From Leucoraja ocellata (taxonomy: Eukaryota): a stretch of 64,000 nucleotides of DNA. Position 1 is the first letter of the stretch, and every line of letters starts with the position of its first letter. The stretch spans positions 6,696,001 to 6,760,000 of the forward strand of contig JAWMAR010000094.1 of assembly GCA_036785375.1 (NCBI GenBank). The letters run 5' to 3'. Positions 49,882 through 62,181 of the stretch are shown here, in pieces. A program made the translations under genes and the position numbers. Under the pieces are notes generated by a model. That model had not been told where the DNA came from, made no database searches, and worked only from the letters and a program-made list of their open reading frames with translations.

Positions 49882-50880
49882 TGTTGTGGTTCGTTTCTCT
49901 TAAACAGACAAAAACACAAATAAAATCAGTAATCAAGCATTGAAATCTTTATTTCGCCACGCAGGTGTGGTAAGACTCTTACAGTATGTAGATACAGACT
50001 ATACAGAGTAATCTCACACAAAGGGCAGTGATTAAGTACATTCGTTTATATTCCAATAATCAGGGATTCAGCTATACCTTATAACCATATAACAATTGCA
50101 GCACGGAAACAGGCCATCTCGGCCCTACAAGTCCGTGCCGAACAACTTTTTTTCCTTCGTCCCACCTGCCTGCACTCATACCATAACCCTCCATTCCCTT
50201 CTCATCCATATGCCTATCCAATTTATTTTTAAATGATACCAACGAACCTGCCTCCACCACTTCCACTGGAAGCTCATTCCACACCGCTACCACTCTCTGA
50301 GTAAAGAAGTTCCCCCTCATGTTACCCCTAAACTTCTGTCCCTTAATTCTGAAGTCATGTCCTCTTGTTTGAATCTTCCCTATTCTCAAAGAGAAAAGCT
50401 GATCCACATCAACTCTGTCTATCCCTCTCATCATTTTAAAGACCTCTATCAAGTTCCCCCTTAACCTTCTGCGCTCCAGAGAATAAAGACCATGGTACAG
50501 CTTCTTGCTTCTTAAGATTGACAGCTTCTTAAGATTGACAGGTTCTTCCGAGAGAGGAAGACTTAGCCATATATGGTTATATGAGGCAAGCTATTTTCTT
50601 CAGAACAAGAATTTTGTTTTGTTTTTACAGAATGCGCACATTATAATCTTATAGAGCAAGGGTAAGAGCCGAGAGTCTGAACAGCCTCTAAATGTTTATA
50701 TTATGGAGGAGACATTCATGAAGTTGTGCTTGTGATCTCACTTGTATTATTGGAAAAAGGCACATAAACAACGTGTTAGCCTTGTTAGTATAATAAGAGC
50801 AAGGGTTAGAGCATTCTGCTGGCTTTGAGAAAGGTTACAGCCTGTCTTAGTTTCAGCTGAACCAATGTTTGTAAAGTTTG
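49882..50880 (-). mobile_element. Probable 3' LTR of the ERV, interrupted by a CR1 fragment (50075-50491)
   Basis: Ends ...ACAACA at 49882; minus-strand AATAAA at 49948-49953 and TATAAA at 50045-50050; lies downstream of env. Confidence 0.5.
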
Positions 50881-50883
50881 GGC

Positions 50884-52931
50884 TGTTTGGACTCTGTAGA
50901 CTGGACAATGTTCGGGGACTCGGCAACGGACCTGAACGAATACGTAACAGTCGTCACAGATTTCATTAATAAATGTGTGGATGACTGCATCCCTACAAAA
51001 ACCTTCCGAGTGTTTCCCAATCAGAAACTGAACCCTTTGCGATCCGCACACTTCTGAAGACCAGACACCGGGCAGTCATATCTGATGATACAGTGGTCTA
51101 CTAGAAGTCCAGGTACGACATTGGTAAGGTCATCAACAAGTCCAAAAGGGACTTCTGCTCCAAGCTAGAGGATGAGACAGATGTTCGGCAGCTGTGGCGG
51201 GGTCTGAATGCAATCATCTCCTACAGGGCAAAATCAGGAGGCAGCTGGAATGTCAGCGAAACATCACTCCCTGACGAGCTCAATACTTTTTACACACGCT
51301 TTGATAGGGAGAACACTGATGTTCCTTCTCGAGACCCCATTCGCTGTGATGGTATTTCAGTCTCAGTCACAGAGGCCGATGTCAGGAAATCCCTCAGAGG
51401 GGTGAACCCTCGAAAAGCGCCTGGACCTGATGGTATACCCGGTCACGTTCTAAAAACCTGTGTGGACCAACAGGATGGAGTTTTTGTGGACATTTTCAAC
51501 CTTTCACTTCTGAGGTCTGAGGCTCCCACCTACTTTAAAAGGGCATCAATTATACCGGTGCCCAAGAAGAGCAAGGTGAATTGCCTCAACGACTATCGAC
51601 CAGGGGCACTAATGTCGGTGGCGATGAAGTGTTTAGAGAGCTTGATCATGGCGCAAATCAACTCCTACCTCGACAAAAAACTGGACCCACTGCTGTTTGC
51701 TTACCGCCACAACAGATCAATGGTGGATGCGATCTTGCTGGCTCTCCACTTGGGCAACAAAAACTCATATGTCAGGCTGTTATTCATTGATTATAGCTCG
51801 GCATTTAATATAATCATCTCCTCCAAGCTGGTTAGCAAGCTCTCAGATCTGGGTCTCTGCGCAACCCTCTGCAATTGGATTCTCGACTTCCTAATTCAAA
51901 GACCATAGACTGTTCGTATTGGTGGAAATGTGTCAGCCTCGATAACAATCAGCATGGGAGCACCTCAAGGCTGCGTGCTCAGCCCCCGGTATGCTCACTC
52001 TATACTCATGACTGCGCAGCCGGTCATATTGCGAATTCCATCATCAAGTTCACTGACGACACCATTGTTGAGACGTTCACTGATGGGGACGAGTCAGAGT
52101 ATAGAAGTGAGATCGACCGACTGACCAAATGGTGCCAGCACAACAACCTGGCCCTCAACACCAGCAAACCCAAGGAACTGATTGTGGACTTCGGAAGGGG
52201 TAGGATGGGGACCCACACTCCCGTTTATATCAACGGGTCGATGGTGGAGAAGGTCAAGAGCTTCAAATTCCTGGGCGTGCATATTTCTGAAGATTTTTCC
52301 TGGTCCGAGAACACTGAATCAATTATTAAGAAAGCACATCAGCGACTCTACTTCCTGGGAAGATTATGGAGAGTCGGTATGTCAAAGAGGACTCTCTCAA
52401 ACATCTACAGGTGCACAGTAAAGAGCATGCTGACTAGTTGCATCGTGGCTTGGTTCGGCAACTTGAGTGCCCAGGAGCGGAAAAGACTACAAAAAGTAGT
52501 AAACACTGTCCAGTCAAATCATCGTCTCCGACCTCACTACCACCGAGGGGATCAATTGCACTCGCTGCCTCAAAAAGGCTGGCAGCATCATCAAGGACCC
52601 ACACCATCCTAGGCACACACTGATCTCCCCGCTACCTTCAGGAAGAAGGTACAAGAGCCTGAAGACTGCAACGTCCAGGTTCAGAAATAACTACTTCCCC
52701 ACAGCTATGAAACTAAACTGAAATCTCTGAACACTAATAGACCATTATCTGTTTATTTGCACCTTATCTGCTTATTTATGGATGTATGTATATATTTATA
52801 TAATGGTGTATGGACTCACTGATATGATGTGTTCTGTATTCGTGCCTACTATATTCCTTTGTGCTGATGCAAAGCAAGAAGTTCATTGTCCTATCTGGGA
52901 CATATGACAAACTCTCTTGACTTGACTTGAC
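50884..52931 (+). mobile_element. Rex1/Babar-type LINE, 5'-truncated, degenerate
   Basis: KAPGPDGIPG, CLNDYRP, LLFIDYSSAFN, GAPQGCVLSP, KFTDDT, FKFLGVHI; (CTTGA)n tail. Confidence 0.9.
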
Positions 52932-52979
52932 ATTATCAGTTTATGATAACATTCACAATCCCCGGTAGGTACAAAATGG

Positions 52980-53245
52980 ACGAAAACAGTTCACAATAAA
53001 AATTAGAGCGATGATTAATAAAACAATAGAGCCATATTGTAATATAGTATTCCAAAGTCCATCAAGCCAACTGAATGGCCAGAATTTCCCATGTTATTTC
53101 ATTGTACCCATGCATGTCACTGTCAACCTTATGGATTTTCTCAATTTCTTGGGAAATGTGGGTAGCAAGGTCTTTTATATTAGAGGATTCGTCAGGGATC
53201 TTGGCACATCACTCGTCTTATTATAATTCAGGTGCCTCTTTGTTA
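52980..53245 (-). pseudogene. Endogenous retrovirus env transmembrane subunit remnant (gamma-type)
   Basis: Minus strand reads (G)GT*..II..DE*CAKIPDESSNIKDLATHISQEIEKI (decayed CX6CC region), then WPFSWLDGLWNTILQYGSIVLLIIALIFIVNCF (membrane anchor). Confidence 0.7.
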
Positions 53246-54714
53246 ATCCTTATGATCAATACATTTCATGGTAAGAAAGATTTTTAATATATAATAGTTG
53301 TAAAACAGTTAACACGATTTTGTACAAAGATTATCAAGAATTGAGAATGGAGCTGTCAACTATCTTTATGCAGACCTTATAAGAAAATGAAGAGTAATAT
53401 GTAGAATTCATTCGTTTCAGTCTGTTACCGTTAACTCTTATACACATTTCCCCTTTAATTGCTTCATGCCATTTATCCAAGACTGTGGGATCTGCAGATT
53501 AGGTTTTAGCTTCTTTAAGAGATTAACATCCATAAATTCAAATATTACAAGATGCCATGAACTAGAAGCATTATGTAATTTGGTACTTACATTATTGTAA
53601 TTTGGTTTTGAATCTGTCCTTGAGCTCTTAAGGGGTTATGGCACAAACCCAAAATCCTAATCAGATAAAGAAGTTTGTTTACTTCATCGCAGCTAGTTCA
53701 CTGCTTAACACTTCTAAAATAGTAGCCCTTCGCCGTTACAGCGCGTAAGCAGGTTGGCATGTTATTCCACCACTGCTGGCAACGCCACAGAACAATAGGC
53801 TATCGGTATTTATGCAGGGATATGGGGAAAAAGGCTGAACATGGGTGAATTACTGTAAAGGTGTCGGCTTATGTTGTTATAGATGACAGAATAATATTGG
53901 TATCAGGTACCAAAGGACTATTTTAAATAGCTCTCAGGTCTTTGGCAAAACACCATTCATTACATCTTCCCACTTTCGGGATCTATTGCACAGACTTTGC
54001 ACTTTCACTGATAGTGCTTGTTGCAATAAAGCCAACCATGTCAATCATAAAGACTATAGCTGTCCCTTCATCAGCCTCCAGGCCAGTCAATTTTTTTTAA
54101 ATTCATGGCAAGGCAGCTCCACTTTTTTTATAGTCAGCTTATGTTCAGGGGCTGAATACACACATCCCACATGACTGATGCTTTGCCCATAGTTTGTAGA
54201 GTACTTGGACTAGAGCCATAGTGGGCAGATCCTCAGTAGGCAGCTGTTGCTTTTCATAGGGTCCCATTCCTTTCTGACACGTGTGATCTTTCCTTCTGTG
54301 TCATTGGCAACTTAAAACATGAATTATATGTTTGTCCTTCAGCCATTTATCATTTTTTGCTATTTCTTTCGCTGTTACTGGAGGTTGAATAGTTACAATT
54401 AAGTGTGACTCAGAGGCGTCTCTCATTTCAAATCGATCCCTCTGGTTTTATTCCTAATCCCGGGACCCCAAAGAACAAATAAGAGGTCACTGTTAATTGT
54501 TCAAATTTATTCAACCAGGGGGAGTCTCGTTCCAAGTTATCCGGGATTAGGGAGGCAAGTATATAATTCAGTGCAGTGCGTTTGCTTATGTTCATGGCTG
54601 GTTTTAACAAGATACCGTAAATACTGGCCTTTTTATAATTGTGTGTATGGCTTCTTTTTACCTCCAGTCTTGCAGGAGGACATCCAAATTAATACTTCCT
54701 TTTCCCAGTTTCCA

Positions 54715-55010
54715 ATTATTTTGCAATAAAGTAGGTGTATCCAAGGAGGATTATTTTCGACCTTCACTGTAGGTAGATGTAGTCAGCAGTACTGGGAAGT
54801 GCTTTTTCCACCGTTCTCCCAATTTCCTCCGCTCCCAATTTCTTATCAGTCGGTGATCTCCTGGTTGTAAGGATTTGCCGTTATGGTCAGCTGATAGTGG
54901 TTTCTGCGTTTCTCTGGTTCAGAGGTTCCTGTAAGACTAACAAGGTTCTGGTCAATTGCTGTGCATATGTAATTAATGCACACTAAGGTCCTGCCCAGTC
55001 CCAGTCAAGG
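54715..55010 (-). pseudogene. Endogenous retrovirus integrase C-terminal remnant (class I)
   Basis: Minus strand reads ITYAQQLTRTL...KSLQPGDHRLIRNWERRKLGERWKKHFPVLLTTST/TVKVENNPPWIHLLYCK. Confidence 0.8.
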
Positions 55011-55535
55011 ATTTACTTAAACTATTTAACTACTTACAAGGTAGACCCTTTAAAAATAGCTCATTATAAAGAAAAACAATTTAAAAATGATTCCCAATTC
55101 TCATCCAATTCTCATTCAATCTGAATTCCACATGGCCAGTGCGTAATTCAGACCTCGCTTCAATTCAATTCAAAAGGTAAGAAGTAGGAAGAAATCAAAC
55201 AAAAGATACCGACAAGGTTACCAAACCTCATGCCAGGTTATGCGGTGAAGAAATGAACAGTGTCTTTGCTGAGCTACATCCGCTGCTTAACGAAAGTTGA
55301 GAAGAAAGAGAATGTATAGTTAATTTCTACATAGATAGCCATTATATTTTCAAAGAGCAAAGGAAACGAAAATAACTTTCTCCCAGGCTCAACACCCAAT
55401 ACAGCTGCAACTTCTTAAAGAGACACTACCTTTTAGAACACATGAGACTCTATAAAGATTTATCGCGTAAATGTGCAAGCCTTTCAATGACATCCTATTT
55501 CATCTGAATTATATGACTAATTCAACATTCACCGA

Positions 55536-57129
55536 CAGTGGCTTGCAACAGTAATCATACCCCTTGAACTTTTCCACATTTTGTCACGTTACAACCACAA
55601 ATGTAAATGTATTTTATATGGATTTTATGTGATAGACCAACACAAAGTGGTGCATAATTGTGAAGTGGAAGGAAAATGATACATGGTTTTCCAATTTTTT
55701 TACAAATAAAAAACTGAAAAGTGTGGCGTGCAAAAGTATTCAGCCCCCGAGTCAATACCTTGTAGAACCACCTTTCGCTGCAATTACAGTTGCAAGTCTT
55801 TTGTGGTATGTCTCTACCGGCTTTGCACATCTAGAGACTGATATATTTGCCCATTCTTCTTTGCAAAATAGCTCAAGCTCAGTCAAATTGGATGGAGAGC
55901 ATCTGTGAACAGCAATTTTCAAGTCTTGCCAAAGATTCTCAATTGGATTTAGGTCTGAACTTTGACTGGGCCATTCTAACACATGAATATGCTTTGATCT
56001 AAACCATTCCATTGTAGCTCTGGCTGTATGTTTAGGGTCGTTGTCCTGCTGGAAGGTGAACCTCCACCCCAGTTTCAAATCTTTTGCAGGCTCTAACAGG
56101 TTTTCTTCCAAGATTGCCCTGTATTTGGCTCCATCCATCTTCCCATCAACTCTGACCAGCTTCCCTGTCCCTGCTGAAGGAAAGCATCCCCACAGCACGA
56201 TGCTGCCACCACCATATTTCACAATGGGGATGGTAATTTCAGGGTGATGTGCAGTGTTAGTTTTCCGCCACACATAGCGTTTTGCATTTAGGCCAAAAAC
56301 TTCAATTTTGGTCTTATCTGACCAGAACACCTTCCTCCACATGTTTGCTGTGTCCCCCACATGGCTTGTGGCAAACTACAAACGGGACTTCTTATGGCTT
56401 TCTTCTTGCCACTCTTCCATAAAGGCCCGATTTGTGGAGTGCACGACTAATAGTTGTCCTGTGGTCAGATTCTCCCACCTGAGCTGTGGATCTCTGCAGT
56501 TCCTCCAGAGTTACCATGCTTGGCTGCTTCTCTGATCAATGCTCTCCTTGCCCGGCCTGTCAGTTTAAGTGGACGGCCATGTCTTGGTAGGTTTGCAGTT
56601 GTGCCATACTCTTTCCATTTTCGGATGATGGATTGAACAGTGCTCCGTGAGATGTTCAAAGCTTGGGATATTTTTTTATAACTTAACCCTGCTTTAAACT
56701 TCTCCACAACTTTATCCCTGACCTGTCTGGTGTGTTCCTTGGGCTTTATGATGCTGTTTGTTCACTAATGTTCTCTAACAAACCTCTGAGGCCTTCACAG
56801 AACAGCTGTATTTATACTGAGATTAGATTACACACAAGTAGACTCTATTTACTAATTAGGTGACTTCTGAAGGCAATTGGTTGCACTGGATTTTATTTAG
56901 GGGTATCAGAGTAAAGGGGGCTGAATACTTTTGCACGCCACACTTTTCAGTTTTTTATTTGTAAACAAATTTGAAAACCATGTATCATTTCCCTTACACT
57001 TCACAATTATGCGCCACTTTGTGTTGGTCTATCACATGAAATCCGAATAAAATACATTTACGTTTGTGGTTGTAACATGACAAAATGTGGAAAAGTTCAA
57101 GGGGGTATGAATACTTTTGCAAGCCACTG
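55536..57129 (-). mobile_element. Tc1/mariner DD34E transposon, Passport-like IR/DR group, full length but defective
   Basis: About 210-bp TIRs starting CAGTGGCTTGCAA. Transposase ORF pieces 56465-56707 and 55752-56360 (WSD, QQDNDPKH, DLNPIENLW, AKGGSTRY). Start codon mutated and frameshifts present. Confidence 0.95.
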
Positions 57130-57584
57130 TGGAACTGGTTCCACAAACAAGTAACAGTATTTAAACTCACTCACTCTTTCTGTGCCATTTACTCACAAAT
57201 TTCCACACCTCGTGCAATATGCTAAATCTCAAATATTCACACACGTTAAGGTAATACAATTCTCACTCAAGAGTAAAACAGTTATACACTCCTCAAGGAA
57301 ATCGTGCAAAACTCTTAAAACTTTGATACACCCAAAATGAAAAATTTACATTTTAATATATGATATTATTAGGCAAAGGCACTAGGTCTTGTGGTGTTAT
57401 GTTGTGAACCTTGACCAAGCTAGCTTTGGAGAATTATGAAACCGAAGCCATATCTTTCTTAAATATAATTTAAGAAAAACAATTATATAGCTGTGCTGTA
57501 GACAAGATTCATACATAGGCTGTATCAGAGGAAAATGTTATTTGTCAGCCAGCCATTTTACATAACCCTGAGTTTATACCACTA

Positions 57585-59485
57585 TAGGATTTTATTAAAA
57601 GCTTCAAACAGACTCACAACCCCGAGGCAGCCTTCATTGTTGCGGGTGACTTCAATCACTCCAACCTGAAGACTGTACTCCCCAAATTCCACCAACATGT
57701 CTCCTTCCCCACTAGAGAAGACAAGACACTGGACAAAGTCTACACTAACATGGCTGAAGCTTACAAAGCCGTCCCCCTCCCCCAACTTGGTCAGTCTGAT
57801 CACCTTTCACTGTTCCTGCTCCCAAAGTACTCCCCACTTATCAGATGGGTTAAACCCACTGTGAGGACCCTGACTCCCACACGGACATTGATTCCTATGC
57901 ATCCTCTGTTCTGGAACTTATGAACTCCGCCATCAACAGTGTCACCTCCCTCAAGCGGGTGACCATATTCCCGAGTCAGAAGCCATGGATGAACAGCGAG
58001 GTCAGGCTACTGCTGAAAGCACGGGACACCGCTTTCAGGTCAGGTGATGCCCGAGTCTACAGTTCATCCATGGCTAACCTGAAGAGGGGCATCAAGAAGG
58101 CCAAGCACTGCCATAAGCTCAGGATTGAGGAGCACTTCAACAACAACTCCGACCCCTGACGCATGTGGCAAGGCATCCAGGCCATCACGGACTATAGACC
58201 CACCAACACCACCCCCACATCCAGCAACGCCTCCTTCCTTGAGGAGCTTAACCACTTTTATGGCCGCTTCGACAGGGACAATCTAGAGACAGCCATCAAG
58301 GCTGTGCTCCCTGCCGATCACCAGCCCATCACACTCACCCCCTACGACGTATACGTGACACTGTGTAGGACTAATGCACGTAAGGCTGCTGGCCCTGACG
58401 GCATCCCCGGGCGCGTCCTCAGGGCCGGTGCTGCGCAGCTGACAGACATCTGGACTGACATCTTCAACCTGTCACTTGCCCAAGCATTTGGCCCCACCTC
58501 CATCGTGCCGGTGCCAAAACACTCCACTGCGGCAAGCCTCAATGACTTCCGCCCAGTTGCACTTACTCCCATCATCACCAAGTGCTTCGAGAGGCTGGTC
58601 CTGGCACACCTCAAAGGCTGCCTACCCCCCACACTGGATCCCTATCAGTTTGCTTACCGCAAGAACAGGAGTACGGAGTATGCCATCTCAACGGCACTTC
58701 ACTCCGCCCTCTCCCACCTCGACAACAGAGACACTTACGTAAGAATGCTGTTCATCGATTTCAGCTCAGCATTCAACACCATTATACCCTCTAAACTGAT
58801 CACCAAACTCGGTGACCTGGTCATCGACCCCTTCATTTGAAAATGGATACTGGACTTTCTAACCAGCAGACCCCAGTCTGTTAGGTCAGACAAGCACACC
58901 TCCACAACCCTCACCCTGAACACCGGCGTTCCACAGGACTGTGTGCTGAGCCCCCTCCTCTACTCCCTCTTCACCTATGACTGCACACCTGTACATGGTA
59001 CTAACACCATCATCAAGTATGCAGATGATACAACGGTGATTGGCCTCATCAGCAACAACGATGAATCGGCCTTTAGGGAGGAGGTCCAGCTCCTAGCAGC
59101 ATGGTGCACTGACAACAACCTGTCCCTTAACTCCAAGAAGACCAAGGAGCTCATTGTAGACTTCAGGAAGTCTAGGGGCGGCACGCACACCCCCATCCAC
59201 ATTAACCGGACGGAGGTGGAACGTGTTTCCAGCTTCAGGTTCCTGGGGGTCAACATCTCCGATGACCTCTCTTGGACCCACAATACCTTAATTCTGGTCA
59301 AGAAGGCTCACCAGCGTCTCTTCTTCCTGAGGAGACTGAAGAAGGTCCATCTGTCTCCTCAGATTCTGGTGAACTTCTACCGCTCTTCCAGGGAGATGCT
59401 AACTGCATTTCGTTGTCTCTGTACTGTGTGCAGGATAGTACAGTATAATGACAATTAAAGTTGAATCTGAATCTGAATCTGAATC
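57585..59485 (+). mobile_element. Rex1/Babar-type LINE (APE + RT), degenerate
   Basis: [44 protein letters not shown]; (TCTGAA)n tail. Confidence 0.9.
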
Positions 59486-60216
59486 AAAGTGCAAGCTACT
59501 ATCCACATTCTCTTCCCTCTTTATCAGCATGCGTAAGGAAGTGTATATAGTGCAAAAGAAAAACAACTTCAGGTACAAATTTAATATGGAAGTTGCAGGA
59601 AGGCATAATTGTGTAATAAAATTTATCAGCTCCTCCTGCATCCCCCATTATTATCCCTGCTAAAATAAATTTCAATTGTCGCAAATGCATTTGTCTTGAT
59701 TTACATTCTAAACAGAAACCAAACAGCACATTGTTGCTGTTTCTTTACAATTCTCAACAATCCTCACAACATAATTAATTATCTTTACATTCCTTTGGCT
59801 GAAAGAGCCGTTATGTCGACTAGAATCTTTGGTGCTAAGAAGCTGTACATGAATTGTAACATGCCAATATATACTAGGTACATAAAAAGGTACCATATTA
59901 TTGTACTTACTTCTAATAAAAATAAAACATTTCAAAAAAAAGGAATCTTTGGTGCTGTGTAGACCAATGTGCAGAATTCGTAATCTGCTGTGTGGGCAAT
60001 AATGCCAGCCGGGACATTACCTGGGAGACTTCGTTGTGGCCACTTGTATATGCATTGCACTTAATAATGGCCATTTGGACTGGGAAGGTTTAGGCATGCA
60101 GTAGCTGGTGCAGTAGTAAGCGCTGTTTTTAAGTTGAAAAAGTCTTCGTCTTGCTGGAGTGAGAGAGTTAGAGAGAGAGTTGCTGTTGTGCCCTGACAGA
60201 GACACCAATGTATCCA

Positions 60217-60633
60217 CTCCCATTAATTTGCCCACCACTGACGTCAAACTAACAGGTCTATAATTGCTAGGTTTACTCTTAGAACTCTTTTTGAACAATG
60301 GAACAACTTGCGCAGTACGCCAATCCTATTCCAGTTTCTAATGACATTCGAAATATTTCTGTCATAGCCCCTGCTATTTCTACACTATCTTCCCTCAATG
60401 TCCTAGGGAATATCCTGTCCGGACCTGGAGACTTATCCACTTTTATATTTCTCAAAAGTGTCAGTACTTCCTCTTCTTCGAATCTCATAGTTTACATAGC
60501 TACTCTACTTATTTCCCCTACCTCAGATAATTCAATATCCTTTTCCTTGGTGAATACCGAAGAAAATAAATTGTTCAATATCTCCCCATCTCTTTTGGCT
60601 CTGCCAATAGCTGTCCACTCTGACTCTCTAATG
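60217..60633 (-). mobile_element. CR1 internal ORF2 fragment
   Basis: Homologous to 21297-21720; cut at the MITE boundary. Confidence 0.9.
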
Positions 60634-62181
60634 CAGTGGTTCTCAACCTTTTTTCAGTGATGTACCCCCTGTGAAATATTTTTTCAGCCAAGTACCCCCT
60701 AACAAGCGCAAAGCATTTTTGAAACAAAAAAAAGACTTAAAACAGAGCACTGTGCCATCAGTGTCTGATTTATTAAACTTTGGAACTGATAAACACATAC
60801 AAAATTCAAACATTTGAAAAAAAAACTATTTCGAACATTCTAAATGTTAATAATCCATGACTAAATTTATTGCAATTATTTCTCATCACTAAAATGTAGT
60901 GATTCAAACTAATGTAGTGAAAACAGTGACCATATAACCATTTAAACCTATAAAATGAACCATTTAAAACTCCGTAAATGTGCAAAACACTGCTCATTTG
61001 TAGTGGTCTCTCTTGAACTATTTGGAAATAAAAAGATATAACTAAAAAAAAGAAATAAATAATTAACTTAATTATAAATAAAGATTTGTGCACATAAAAA
61101 TAATTATCAACATAAAGTGTCCTCTTTTGGGATCATAGTAAAGATCTGTGCTCAAAAAGAAATCATTAACTTAATTTTAAATAAAAGCAGAAATTGCTAA
61201 AAATAAAAAATAAAAATATTTATCATCGGTTTGCTAGATATGAACTGTTTTGGGAGAGAAAAATGCTCACGGCAGACCAAACGTGTTAAACAGAAATTGG
61301 TCAGATATTGATCTTTACACAGTAAGAAATAATGTGAAATCATCACTGACTTTAATTTTAAATGAATGTACCTGTATGTTATACTGTTTAGTTTGGAGAT
61401 ACAACCAGATAGTCTACTGTACCTGTTTGTTATACTGTTTAGTTTGGAGATACAGCCAGATAGTCTACTGTACCTGTATGTTATACTGTTTAGTTTGGAG
61501 ATACAACCAGACAGTCCACTGTACCTGTATGTTATACTGTTTAGTTTGGAGATACAACCAGACAGTCCACTGTACCTGTAATACTGTTTAGTTTGGAGAT
61601 ACAACCAGACAGTCCACTGTACCTGTATGTTATACTGTTTAGTTTGGAGATACAACCAGATAGTCTACTGAGCTCGCACCGACCAGCGATTTTTGTTACA
61701 GATTTGACCATTTTATTTGGCGGCCAATCAATCGCTGTTTCTAAGGGGGTTGCATCCAATCACCAACCAGCTTGCTTTAAAATTCCCGTCCAATCAACAA
61801 ATAGGTCTCCTCCTGTCCAATCAGCCGCTGTCTCCAAGGGCATTGTGTCCAATCACATAATGCAGTTTAATGGTAATTAGCAGCCTCGGTAAAGGTTGGA
61901 AGCCAGCGGAGCTACTGACAGGCAAACAGGAGGGAGCAGGAGAGATTCACACAGTGTAGAATCCATAGCACCTAGTGTACAATTTCATAATATATACTAA
62001 ATAACTGGGCTGACACACCTTGGCTGGGAACCTGGGGCCCACCAAAATTGTTCCCAATTGGGCCCCGCACATCCTAAGGCCGGCCCTGTATATGTAGGCC
62101 TATATTTTAAAATCTCACGCACCCCCTGGAGTGCCTTCACGTACCCCCAGGGGTACGCGTACCCCCATTTGAGAACCACTG
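60634..62181. mobile_element. Non-autonomous hAT/Charlie-like element
   Basis: TIR CAGTGGTTCTCAA (60634) and TTGAGAACCACTG (to 62181); subterminal gtacccc motifs; flanks ctctaatg and atctagac. Confidence 0.85.
61367..61670. repeat. 51-bp minisatellite, about 6 copies
   Basis: Unit tgtacctgtatgttatactgtttagtttggagatacaaccagayagtcyac. Confidence 0.95.

Noticed and set aside
61367-61670. CRISPR-like array
   Set aside because: These are head-to-tail repeats without unique spacers, in a eukaryotic context.
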